Of a stretch of DNA of 64,000 nucleotides, positions 37,121-50,600 are shown in pieces (the first letter of the stretch is position 1; every line of letters starts with the position of its first letter). The position numbers and the translations under genes are program-made. Origin of the DNA: Catajapyx aquilonaris (lineage: Eukaryota); NCBI GenBank assembly GCA_000934665.2, contig KZ538528.1, positions 1 through 64,000 of the forward strand, in the 5' to 3' direction. The notes under the pieces were generated by a model, which searched no databases, had not been told where the DNA came from, and saw only the letters and a list, made by a program, of their open reading frames with translations.

Positions 37121-40100
37121 TGATAGTACATTAGGTGAGTAAGCAGGAAATATGTAGGCGCCATATGCTATGTATAGAGTGCAAACAAGCACGAAATGGC
37201 GTGGTATGAGACTAAACCAGGGTATAGGTTGTGGTGTAAGAAGCGTGGGATCGAGTTATAATTCATGGGTCCTTATCAAGGGGCCCAGGGAGAGGGGGAG
37301 GAAAAAAAGAAAGCGGGTTTTTTAAGGGTAGGTGGGTGGAAGGTGGGTGGTCCTCAATAAGTAATCCCCTCCCAAGACGCTTCTTCCAAGGAAGAAGCAT
37401 TCAGGCGGAAGCACAAGTAAGGCTCTTTTTGGGGGGAAGAAGGTGGGAGGGAAAGGAGATTTCGCCATAAAACCTGCCTCAAACTGGCCATTGAATAAGA
37501 GAGAGTGGGAGAGAAAATGGGTGGAAGGTGGGGGAGGAGATTATTTTTTCTTCTTCTTTTAGACGCCCTCTAGGTTTAATTGCAGGTCGGATTTTTATTT
37601 AGCCCCAACAGGTGCACATCAAAAGATGTAGGTCTTTCAACTGGGCAGGAATTGACAGCATTTTTTTTCCAAGGAGCTCCGCGGGATTACCTAAAAATTG
37701 GCAGGGATTTTACCACAACTGAATGATTGCCCCCACAATATTACTACCATGAAATATTCCTCCGGATTTCTGTGAATTTGCCGGATTCCTGTTGGCAACC
37801 CGGACTGTCTTTTCCTACTGGCAGGAAAGAGGAAATCAAGTCGTGGCAAGGGATGGGAGGTGGGGAAAAACCGCACAAAACGAGCTCGGAATGAAGTCGA
37901 CACCGGTAGAGACTCCCAAGCGAACACTCTCCACTCATTTAGGCAGCAATAACCGAGAGCAGTGCGCCGAGTTATCGACTCACCCACGTGCTGGCTTGCT
38001 GCTGGTGTGTTCGTAGTAGAGAGGGGTGGAAAGGGGGGGGGGGACAAGAGCAAGTCTCACTTCATGTACTCTGATAGTAAAACCCAGCCAAATACAAGCG
38101 GAGTTGACCTATAGCTGTACCCGGATTTTCTCGCCACGTTTCGCTCCAAATTGAATATTCTGTGGAAGGAATTGATGACCTCATAACAGTTGGGACGCAA
38201 CAATAGGACGGCCATTGGCGTTTTCGGTTAGGGTTTTAATGCATCCGGGTATATTCATCAGGAGTGTCACCGGGTTACCTCATAAAAGATGGTAATCAGG
38301 GATGGATTGAGAGAATACCCGTAACTCCAAATGCAACGACCGGAGCAGACCTTGCGACTAAGTCCATTTCGAATCGATTCGCACAAAGTGAGCCTCATAC
38401 TTATTTGTCATCGGAAATGGTATGGCGAAGGGGATTTGTAGGGAGAGGGGGGGGGGAGGTTACGGGCCCAACCCCCCCCCCCCACCCGATACAGGCGAGG
38501 GTAATAATTAATCTGGGCTGCGTTTCGAGGTTTTGTGGTCCAACAGTTGTGCCGAATGGGGTTGTTTTCCGGCGTTTAGGAGGTCAAAACATGCAGGGGG
38601 TTAGGACAACATTGCTGCTTATGGCTCGTATTCAGAAACCGCCAGCTATTTCCCGGATTAGGGGTTCAAACTTGAATTCACACACTCGCAGAACTGAATA
38701 ATCATCATCGGGCATGTCCAGGAGAAAGAAAGTGTGCAACCGTTGACAAAACGTCGGGTAAAATCGCGTAATAGTGTTTACGAGGAGTGTGAGAAGAAGG
38801 CCCGGAGGAGCATTGCTACAAGTAAAATTCTAGGAAATACACATCAACCGCGATAAAATATGAAGTGCCGCGGGGAAGAAAAACGCGTTCAGTTGTTACT
38901 CGCCACGATAGGAATCGAACTGGACCATTAAGTTTTTATACACACAGCCACTGCTTTTTTTTTTCCTTTTCGCTTTCTCCCTCCTTCCTGTTACTTTTTT
39001 TTCTTCTTGCAGCTGCACGAAGCGATTTCGGCTGCATATCGGGTCGTTAAAGTGACCACTGCCACGTGTAATGGGGCTTGTAAAAAAAATTCAGGAGGGT
39101 GGGTTTGGGGGTAGAAAAAAAGAGGTCCATACATTGTCCAATGGAGTCTGAAGACCGCAATTTATTTCCCGGAAACCTACGACCCAGATGATTACATTCC
39201 GTCCTAGTCGCGTAATCACTGTGCCTTCCATTCAAACTGGGACCCCCCAAAAAATTTGGAACCAGCTTTTGTAGCGCAGAATGCTAATGAGAACGGCTAG
39301 GTGCTAACAGTGCTGGAATTAAACGTAAGCGAATTGTTGGTATACGATTTAGTGTTTGCGTTCTTATTTTAAGCTGGGAGTTGCATCTTCTTTGAGGTTC
39401 TGCATGGCCCATCCTCAATTTGCATTTTCACTTCCAACCTGCTGTTGATTTACAAAGGAAAGGGGCCAAACTAAGTTACTCCAACTCTATCTCTATCTCT
39501 CTTTTTATATACCTTTCCTATCCTCCCGTCCATTCTGCATGCATGAAAGTGATTTATTCGAGCCTTGTAGCGTGACATATGCACCTCTGGGTTACTTGGT
39601 CCTTTTGTAGACGATGTCTCTTTGATTATCTGGCACCATCCGGATTTCTTTCCCTTTCTTCGGGTCTCCCTCTCCCACGGTTTTTCTGATGGGACGACCC
39701 CCGGAGTTATACGGGTACGTCACCTTTCTATTAAATTCCTCGTCCGCATTCCGTGGACCTGGCGGGGGAATGCTCGCGTTTCACAGGTTTCCTGGGCGTG
39801 GGAGGAGACGAGAGAGTCCAAACTCCAAAGAAATATTTTGGAGTCCGGCAGGGTCCCCTTTCGAGCCTTCACTACCTCGTCCTTTTTTTCATTATAACAG
39901 GGTGTCTCAAAAGTCAGAGCTAGGCAAACTAGTGGTCCTTTTTTTTTAACCCCGGAGAGGCAGCTTCCCGTATTTCACGCCAGATTTAGCCTAAAGAAAC
40001 GCTGATTTATGGCGCTCCGGCAGCTTTTGTACGGGTCTCTCTCCCCCGCTTAACAAACGCGCTCGTATTGAGGGACTCGAGCTGCAGGATAATTGCTGGA

Positions 40101-43100
40101 TAGTCAAAAACTGTAACAGGGAGTAAAAAAAAAATGCGGAACACACGGGGAAAGAAATATGGCGCTGGATCCGAGAGACGCCTGTGCTATTTACCCGGGG
40201 AAATCCTTCAATCTGCCTTTGGTAGAATTTCAACGATGGGATCGTAATCTCTATCGAACGGAAGACTATTTCAGATTCACTTAAAATGCAAATGATTTTC
40301 ATCCTGATATACCCAGGGTTATGCCTCTCCTCTTTCCCTCTCCCCCCCTCCAAACAGCAAGCCCCCCCTGAAGCACAGCCGGAGACACACGGCTTCTCCC
40401 TTGGAAAGTCTAAGCCCACTGCGCTCCTTCCATCCCAAAGCGGGTTTAAAGAGAAGGGGAACATTTTCCGGTTGCAACCCACGTCGTCCCAACACGAAAG
40501 AACACTTACGTTTCCTTTAGAGAAAAAGAAGGACGCATTGTGGGACCACCATGCTTACCCCCCCGCCAAAAAATATATTTCCTTCTTGTTGTTTCCGGAT
40601 TTCCGAATCGGTTTTTTGGCAACATGGCTGTTTCCGAAATATTGTCCCCTTTTTTTTCACGCCAGGCACACCAGAAGGCAATTGCGTGAAGGGGGAGGGG
40701 AAACGCCATAAAATAATAAAGTCTCACGTGTCTCTCAGGGCTCTTTTTCCGGCCGCATTTTCACCGCGACGGCGCAATCCGAGGGAAAGAGGGGGAAGGC
40801 TGGGAGGAAACTGGGAAGAAGGGGAGATCTGGTCAAGAGGGGGACCCACAAAAAAAAATCATTGGAGAAACGCTATCAATCCTTTGCAGGCAGGAAATCT
40901 GAGTGGACGCCAGAATCGAATTACAGGGACACTTATTTGGGACATCTTGACCTCGGGACGGAAAATCCGCAACGGGAGGAGAAAACGTTATTTTCGGGAC
41001 GCCTCACCAAAAAAAAAAAAAAAGAAGAAGAGGAGAATCTCTTGCACCGTTGTTTGGAGTTAATTACTAACCGAGAGATTTTTTCTACCGGTGAGAGTAA
41101 GAGTAGCGGCAAGAAATTAAGTCAGGGGAACTTAATTAAAGACAGGCTTTCCTGAGGATTCGCCACGGTCAATGAAAATTTTTTGGGCCAAAAACTTTTC
41201 CGACGTTTTCCTCCATTAGAGGCGATTAATTCCGGGCGCATGCTCTTAATTACACCTGGTAATGTTGAACGGAGGTGAAAGAGATGCAGCGAAAGAAATC
41301 TCTTCTCTATAGCAGGTAATGCTACGAAATGACTCGGCTTGTTTTAAGCCGGAATCTTACGTAAGGTACCATTTCAACAATTTTTTCATGGTAATCATGT
41401 AATTTTTTTTGGAAACCTGTTATTTTAAAATTCCTGTCCGATATTGAAATATATATCTTCACTGACCCTGTCACAAAATTGGCTTTTTCTGTGGAAGAAA
41501 AATGCACTCTGAAATATACATTTTTTCGCTTCCACAGAAACATCCAAAAAGAGAGGCAAGGTTATGACTCCGCAGCTCTCAAAGTATAATAAAACTTTCC
41601 TCTTCGGGTCGTTTGAAAAGAAACTCGTAATGATCGCTGCGGCACGTGCTTTCCTTTAGAACCGCCCTCTTTACTCTTCGTAAAAATGGATCCCTCCATT
41701 TTGGCGGTTAAGGGGGGAGGTATGCCAAAAAAAAAATTGTCAAGTTTTTTTGCGCCAGCTTTGGTGTTATCGGAAGGTTACGACCCAAGCCGTACGATTT
41801 TGACGCTTGTTTTGCAAGATGGAGCCAATCAGCAACGAAATTCGCAAAAACCTTCGTGGCAATAGGTATTGGTATGGGGTAAACGCTGTGGCTTCAGTAT
41901 TTGATTTCGTTTTACACTGCGGAGGTTCATGAAAAATGTTTATTGAACTAGAGGCTGTTAAATTACAAAGACGTTTGGGAAGAAAAGCGTTTTTTGGGGG
42001 AAAGGAGGATCGATCCGGAGCATATTGTCAGCATGCAAGCTAGAAGCTGTGTAAAAGAGGGACACCCATTTATATACATAGGCCTACACGTATATTTTTG
42101 GGGGGTAGAAAGGGAGAGAAGATGGCGGAGAGTTGATAAGCGCCCGGATTCCGCTTGATGGTTTTCCACCAATTTGCTGCAGCTGAGTCGTGCCTTTAAA
42201 TAAATTAAGTGCGGTTGTTCGGCGGTGTCGCACTCGAAATCCCTTCTGCATTACTGGAACGCCTATAAGCCGGCCGTAAATTACTTTTCCGGCCAGCGAC
42301 GCCGCCGTCACGACCCGACTTCCGTCACGTGGCTTCGACGACGCCAGACCGGACACGCATTTTCATTTGCGTTGGAAGAATACATCAGCCGGATACAATT
42401 TTGTTGAAAAATCTGAAAAATTTTAACCATGCGGATTCCGAATTAACCTTTGTCCACTTTTTTTTATTTAAAAGTGTCCAGTTTGGTGAGTCCCCCCTGC
42501 TATTTAACCCCCCTCCCAAAAGCCCAAAATATACAGGGGCATAATTTCTATTTACGAGGGAACAAAAGGGCACTTGGCCAAGCGGTCTCATTGCTCTGGC
42601 GCCAATTAGTCCCGCGAGGCACCAATCAATGTGTGTTGCCCATTTCCACAATGTATCCCCCAGCACAGGTCTCTCAGGAGATTCTGCAGGTTCCTCCATC
42701 GCCTTTTTTTTTAGCCGACCAATAATGCAATGGTGCAAAAATTCAGAATTCCCCCCCCCCCCCAAAAAAAAAATAATCCAGAAGCGCATGATCATTAAAA
42801 CAATACAAGTATATGCTCCTCATGATGTGACATTTTGCTAATAAAGATGCGGATGACTGCTAACGCGGTGTAATTAGCGGGTTAGGTGTGATCTGGTTAA
42901 CATTTGGTATTCATAATATGGAATTAAATGCGAGCCAAAACCAAACACTTCATTTTGCGCTGGGTGTGTCCCTAGGGACCTCAGACATGCCCCATTTTGT
43001 GTTTGTTAATTTGTCGGGTATTGTTTGTCACGCATTTCTAGTGCGAGGTGATTATAAACTATTAATGCCCGCAATTCAAATTATGCGCGCGGAATTATGA

Positions 43101-46100
43101 GTCTGCAAATTGTTTGATGGGTTTGAATATTTTTGACTCGCATGCTTAGCCCTTATTCACTTAATAAGAAAAAAAAATCAGCTGGTTTCACCGAAAGTGT
43201 CGGATCCAATTTTTGTACATACTTTTTGCAATACGCTGTTTTACAAAAAAAAAAATCTGCAAAAAAACTGAAAGAATGTCACCGTTGTTGAGGGGAGACT
43301 TCCGATCGGAAAGATTGCCGGCAGCGAAATTCGCAGGAGGAATAGCAATGGCGGAGGCGTCAAATTTCGCAGGTATTTGGGCCGGAAAATCCAATACTGG
43401 TCCTTTGTTCCCATGTGCCATAAGGAGTCAGGCAGGTGTGGAATACGAAGCGCCCAAGAATCTGCCTGCAAAAATGGCTACCTTCCAACACAAAAGATGG
43501 CAAAGTTTCGCAAAAATATCAGACGCCTGACGAATGTATATATCCCGAATATAGTTGGATTAGTTCCAGACAGATAGCGCAACTAATTTATTGTAATTCC
43601 TAATTAAAGTGGTGCAAAATGCGACGTAATTGAGTGGAAGCAGTCAGTGTTGATGCATGCGCGTCTTTGATGACCATACCCTGCCCCGTGGAGATTTATT
43701 TTAAATATTTATGATCGGGGATCCTATTAACTGCCGGGGTTGGAAATGGAAGGGGGGGGGGGGATTCCCAAGAGTAATTACAAGGGATTTGGGTTTTGAT
43801 CGAACTTGTGTATGTGTTTTTCCCCCTGAAGAATTGCAACCTGATCAAGATTGAGGTCAGTTGTTTGGTGACTCGTCTGAATCACTGGATGATCCCTTGG
43901 CTTTGTTTAAAAAAATGACAGGGGTCAGTTTACACAGGGCCGACCTTTCAATTTGATAACGCAACAATTATCACATTTCCGTTGTTTAAAAAGCCGGTGT
44001 GTGAGTGCGCTGGATTGGGGGGTAATGAAAGCAACACTCGACCGCATTATGCGCCGCGTTTATACAGTTCTCTCCCTCTGCGAACATTAACATGTACATG
44101 TGCTAATGGTGCTTGAATATTTCACCAGGCTTTCTGAACTCGCATAACCCGAAATAATTTACGTGTTCCGTAGAGCGTGGGGATGTGTATGCAATAACAC
44201 ACTGGTGACCACGCTGCCTCAATTCCCCCCGAAAAAAAAAAATTGTTTCACTTGGAACCGGCCCCCCCAACTACTATGAATTGCTAAAAAAAACTCATCG
44301 TATTTTCATATGAAGCGCATTTTTGCATATTGTGTGCACCCATATTTTTCAGCGCAATAAATGTTGGGTGGCTTTTAACAAAAAATATGGGTCGGTGTTT
44401 CATACTCTCCTTTGTCTTTTTTTTATATCACGTTGAAATAAGGTCTGGTTGGGGGAGGATGTGGATGGTTGGCTCGAAACGAGTGTAGATTGTGATAGAA
44501 GCGCGTTCCTGCGGAAGGTCAAATATTGAGTCGGGTTTGCCTGAGTCTTTCTCTCTCCCTTGGCAGGCCCCACTTATCGGGTCCGTGCGGATCAGGCCCC
44601 GTATTATAACCCTATTCCTTACGGTTTGTTGCGATCCGTAAATCCCGAGCCAAACGGAGCGAAAAATGTGCTTAGTTTGGCGTGGTGAACACTGAGTGCG
44701 CAACTCAGAGGAGTTCTGACAGGCCCAAGATGCTGCGACCCTGCAGATTAGAAAATTGTATACCGAAACCCTCATCTTTTTTCTTTTTTTTTGAAGCTGC
44801 AAGATTATTTTTTAAAAACAAAATAATATGCGTGATATAATGTGCGGATCATTACCTATGCTGCAGGGTCGTAAAATATTGGCGTCGTTATCACCTTGAC
44901 ACAACTGCGGGGGGGCGTCATTTCTTAGAAAATTGCATGCCATTAGTGAGATATATCTGTTGGGATTGTTTGTGTGCTGGGAGAATATTTCATTTGATTC
45001 AATAGTAACCACATAGACTGGCGAACATAACACCAACAGCGCATGTGCATTGGGGGGAAAAATAACTCGGAATGTTTTGCTCGTGTCGCTAAGAAATTAT
45101 TCATGGGGCTGTCACTATTTTGACGGCTGCTGTACCGTTCATTGCATGGTCTAGTAATTATTGTCTTATGTGAATATGTCAATGTACCCGACTTTCTGTT
45201 TCCGACCATTACAATATTATTGAGGTTACTTTTTGTGTACAGCGGAATATCTAGGGTAGACCCTAGCATAGTGTAAATGACCTCAAAGACGACTCGTGTG
45301 AACAAGCTTTAATCGCCAGTCTGCTAGTTGAATAATATTCCCGGGTTTGAAGACCGCAGCTCGCGATAAGCTTGCCTGTGACAAACGTGGGTCCGGAAGA
45401 CCCGAGGTTAACGAAAAGGTGTGGCGCGAGTGCATCCGGATTTCACCAAGTCTCCGGGCCTTGCACACCTGACGTATTGCATTTGACACGCATGTGCCCA
45501 ATCTGGGTCACGTCACATTCCAAACTCAGCCGTTGGACTTGTCACACATACAGGAGAGTACGAAAAGGAAGCGGCGATATCTGACGTATAGTGAGTCTAT
45601 TATCAATTTTAATTACCGGGAAAAGGTAATCGGCAAATAATATTCCATTTATGTAATCACTGTACTTGCGTGAGATGTCTGGGCAGTGCAGGTACAACAC
45701 TCTCATGAGGCTAACTGGAATGTAAACCCTGATTATTGCGTACCTGCAGCACGGAATCATGCCATCCATCAATCAAGTCTGCGGTGATATTTTAAGTGAT
45801 ATAAGTGCACGGTATATAGTCGCTGCAAAATATTTGATTGCTCCCCTCCCACAATAATGCCTCCCAAATGAATGGGCGATATTGTTTTTTGGTAATTTGA
45901 CAATGCTGGGAAATAACACAGTCATCAACGTTAACATTGGCTGTGAAATAGCGGTTGCAGAAAATTATTACCGGGCACTTCTGCTCTGATAAATGCTCTG
46001 CCCATATTATTTTAATGCGCATTTAGGCTTTTCGAGAGCTGCGCAGATCCTCCCGGGGCATAACAGGAAACAACTTGGAAGCTGCAGCTGGCCCATTTCG

Positions 46101-47433
46101 GATAGTTGTAAGTTTAAAATAACACAGCAGACAGCCGTTACTGTAATATATAATATTTAAAAAAAAGCCACGCTCAGCTTTACATTAACATACTCGTTAA
46201 CGGAGTCATGCTATGCAATAACGTAGAAATTATTGTATCATTATTGTAGTCAAACTTTATTTTTACTGCTATCCACCATTAAACGTGTGATTATCAGGTG
46301 ATTTCAAGTAGGAGTAAATCGAAATATTCAGCTGCACATTACATGATGACGTGAATGGTTTTAGTAAGTGAAAAAATTTATTTGTACATATGACATCAGA
46401 AAAAAGTGGCTTTATTCGTACCAATGCAGTTTGTGTTTCATAATTTATTTACCAGGTCATTGTGTTATTGCTATTTCATATTTCATATTTTTAGACACGC
46501 ATAATACTCCTGCAATAACAGGAAAAATGGCTGCTCTCTAAACACGTCGGAAACTTCAATTTCCTCGAATTTTTCAGAGGCTGTTGCCCTATTCATGCGT
46601 TTTAATTGGCCTTGCGTCGGCACTAGAAACGTCCCATTAGCCTTTCTATTTGAATGCGCAGGTGGGGATCTGGCTCTTCACACACTATATACACACCCAC
46701 TCACACACAGTGCATTACGTGCACGTTACAGTTCCGTCCCGGAGGCGATTCTTGACGGAATCCGTCATTAAATTATTTACCGACAGTTCCCATCATAAGC
46801 TGTTATTATCCGACTTGATGCAGGCTGCGGCTCCTGGTTTTGTACCGGCGATAATAGCCGCTCAGGACATGAACCGCACCACTCATTGAAGCGTTTTGCC
46901 GCAACCGACATGAAAGACATGCAGCGCCGAGGTTTTGGAAAGGCAGTGCTGGGGCTGTGCTGGCAGAGAGCGGTTTGTCTGCTTAAATGTACTTACGATC
47001 TGGAAAAGCCCTCGCTACCGACGTGGTCGGGTAATTAATCCCGTCTGTCAGATGACCGGCCAATATTTCAACGGGAAACGGAGTTAAATCCCCAGCGCCG
47101 CTTGCTGCCCATATTTTTACTGCTTGCCCTCAAGAAGCTTAAGTGCCGGATGTGTGTGTGTGTGCGTGCGGATTTGTCATTTTTCAAACTGGAGAGTCAT
47201 ATAGTGACTGGGAGATGCGATTTTTTTTGTGGGGAGAGGGATTCGCCATGGTTACAGGGGCTTCAGCTGCACGTATTGTGCTTCTTAGCATGATGTGCAA
47301 GAGCTGCACTTCAGAGTAAAGTGTGCTCATTATAGTGTAAGCAAGCACCTCTCACAATATTGTCAGGATTATCAGTTCAGTAGCATCACGAGTGTGAATG
47401 GCTTTATTCGCAGGGCCGTGAGTGTTTAAAAAT

Positions 47434-47626
47434 GGACGGTGTTATGCAATAATGAGTCAACCCACATGAGAACAGTTTTGAGAAAAGGGACTGTGAAATT
47501 AATTCAATGTCATTTTCGATCATTTATGGCAGAAATATGCAGATTTAATGATGTACGATCCTTTTCGGTATATGTTCCTGGACTTAGCTAAATTTTGACA
47601 TTTTTGTTGGTTGACACATTATTGCA
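47434..47626 (+). mobile_element. MITE family A copy 3 (right end truncated, internal deletions)
   Basis: AAAT|GGACGGTGTTATGCAATAATGAGTCAACCCACATGAGAACAGTTTTGAGAAAAGGG ... GGTTGACACATTATTGCA; the outer part of the right inverted repeat is missing. Confidence 0.85.
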
Positions 47627-50600
47627 AATATATAACCCAATAGATAAAAATGAATGGAAACAGTATTAGTGTAACATCCGAAGTCAAAGGTCGACCTACA
47701 TTTAGAACTATTCTTTGCTCCCAAATAAAGCACAAATTTTGGTTACTTGATAATCGGTTCCGTAGAAAAGCAGTCTAGCATTGTTGCTGACTAATGAGCG
47801 TCAACGTTCCCCTGCTTCCACAATGACCCCCTATTATTGTGGGTCGCATTAGGGGGAAGGAATCGTCCTGGAAAATTCCAATGATGGCAGTAAAGCCTGC
47901 AATATTTTCCCTCTCTCTTTGGATGAAGCTCTCTTCACCCTCACCCACACAAAGAGAGCAGCGCACCAGGATTTATTTGGGCATCATAACATTTCCTCCT
48001 TGCTTCCTCTACCTGCCTAGGCTCTCTTTTTTTTTACCTCCCACTCCTTCCTCCCTCCCACTCCTCCTCCCCATCTTCTCTTTTTATTGGCCCGGCTGCC
48101 TCGCAAATTCCTTTCCTTGTTATGCTGCAGGTTCTTTTGCCCAAGGAAAGTCTGGGGCTGGTTCCTGCCGGGTTTCCAATCTCCGATGAACACTTCCTCA
48201 TTTTGCTTTCATTTCCACTTCTTCGGGGCATTTTGCTCTGCGATGATAATATTGTAGAAGGAAAAGAGAGAGATATGAGTCGTGGAAGGAGAGGAGGAAG
48301 AAAAGAAAAGAAAAAAATACCTAGTCAAGAGGAACTCGCTTAATATACCATTTCTGGATGTAGCCTTTTTCCCTGTGAAACAAAAACATTTTTTATTCCG
48401 GACTTTCGTATCAATTCAGCTGATGAAAGTAGAGTTATTTTGTTGAGAATTTATTGCCTGACGTTTGTAAAGAATTTCGGGTGCACTAGGGGCTGTTTTA
48501 TCATTTGTTTGCAAATTTTGGTGTCCCTCTTATGAATTTGGTTAATAGGTTGCATTATTTGCGGAATTTGGCACATTATTGCGAACAATAATTATTTCTT
48601 CATTATTACTTGTAGAAATCAGCACACAAGTCATGCATTTTCTTGGAAACAATTTTTCATTGAGAGGTTTAAAATAGAATGGCTCATATCTTATGATAAT
48701 TTCATTTTATGGAGTATTTTTTTCCTAAATTTCAGCCACCTTGTCTGGCCTTTACTCAGCACAAGTTGGTCACTTTTAGCACGCTACGTCTCACACCATG
48801 CCACATGTCATTATTGATTGTGTTCCCTCCCCGTTACTTTACAGGACGTAGAAAAGTTGTAAAATAATTGCATCTAAGTTGACGTGACTTGTACGCCTGT
48901 CAAGCGGACATTGCAAACCAGCACGCAGACTTGCATCGAGGGTGAAAATTGGGAGGGGGTGGCAGGGAAGGGCAGGAAACTTGCAAATTTTCTCCAGGTT
49001 GAAGCCTATATATTGTATCGATCTTGATGGCATACATTACCAGCCCTTTTCCCCCCTCCCCCCAACACATTTTTTTGGGGTCTCCTTCTCTGGTTACTTT
49101 CACCTAATGCTCCATACGTTTACTTGGCTGCAGAGCCCCCCCATCCCCTTTCCCCCTCCTGCCCTTTTTCCACCCCCGCTCACAAATGCGAATCCTATTA
49201 CCAACCTCGTTTGAGTCAGATGGGACCCAAAGTGAGGGGCGAAAAAAAAAAAACAGATTCAATGCTAACCAGGATAGCTCTCCAAAAAATCGCGTGTGGT
49301 CAACTAAACACCTGCTTTAAAAAAAATTGGAATCCGCCCACTGAAACAAGGGCCCAAGTCCACTTGCAGAATCGACTGAATTAACGAATTATCGCATACT
49401 CCGGATATTTGCATAGAAATGCTAAACACCAACAGTGCGCCATATTCACTTTCATCCTTAAGTTTTTGTCTTACTTCATGAAGATTCTGGAACAATCTGG
49501 AGGCATGGCCGCCGCGCTTTTAATTAGCCGTCACACTCGCTGTCTAATGACGGATTAAAGTTTACGCCGAGTTGTGCCCTGCTAACTTTCAATCAAATGT
49601 AGGCCTCCCAAGTCAGAGTGAAGTGCAATCTTTGTCATTAGAGGCAAGGGGGGGGGGGGGGGGGGGAGAGAGAGAGANGGGGGGTGAAGGTATGGCATCC
49701 AAGAGTCAAGACTGCTCGGCTTCCGTCGCAAAATTGCTGCTATGGAGGGAAAATGGGGAATGGCAAAAGGGAGAGATAAAAGCTTATAGTCTCGGGGAGC
49801 AGTGGGACAAGGGAAAAAGGAGGCATAAGGTATTTCCATAACGTGATGACAAAGAGGAACCGGCTGGTAGGGGGTCGCAGGGAAAAGTAAACCAGAGTGG
49901 AATTGTAGCAAATCGACCTCCTTGTTTTAAATTTCTCCAGAGACGCCTGTTTTTTTTGGAGGGGGGGGGGGAGGGTGGAGGCCACGTGAATTGAAAATTA
50001 ATTCAGCTCCGGTTGCTCAGTACGAACTTTAAAACAATGGGCTTGTAACACGTACACACAATGTCCTGGACGGGTGTTTATAGGGCACGGTCTAATCTTG
50101 CTCGTCATGGACGTTGATAACAAAACTCTGGGAGCTTAGCCCATTGTTGACGCTCAGCCCCTTTTCCTCATCCCGCCCCCGCCGCCTATTAAAAAGTGAC
50201 ATTTCGCAATCAGTTCCTGCCTGCAATTTCCGTTATGGCGAGGCCTCGTCCGCAGAAAATAATTAGACGCTCCCCCAGCGGTGCAGCTGCAGTGCACGGT
50301 GCTGCTCTACCCCTTGAAGGTAAATATGCACAGTCCCCCCCTGAATGGCACCCAAACCTCCAACTCATTAGAGGCCAGCTATATGTGCGAGGGCGGCCGC
50401 CTCAAGGTTGTGTAGATCATACGTCCAGATGCGATGCACTTGGAGATTGCAAACCCCCCCTCCCCCGCAATACGCCACCTAACGTAATAAGATACTCCCC
50501 AGAAACCACTCCCCGTGACCGTAAACGAGGTTTGCAGAGTGGAGGGTGGTCTCACTGTAGGCGCGCCTTGTTTGGCCAGAAAATGGTGTTTTGCGGGACT

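Noticed and set aside
45717..45727. TGGAATGTAAA resembling the 5' part of miR-1
   Set aside because: The match stops after 11 nt and I saw no proper precursor hairpin.
46911..46921. TGAAAGACATG resembling the 5' part of miR-71
   Set aside because: The match stops after 11 nt; no complementary star arm seen.
10357..49678. N positions and gaps (10357, 16686, 19825-19834, 24003-24014, 36161-36173, 49678)
   Set aside because: Assembly artefacts, mostly beside G/C homopolymers or simple repeats. Not biological, but they limit boundary calls for repeat B.
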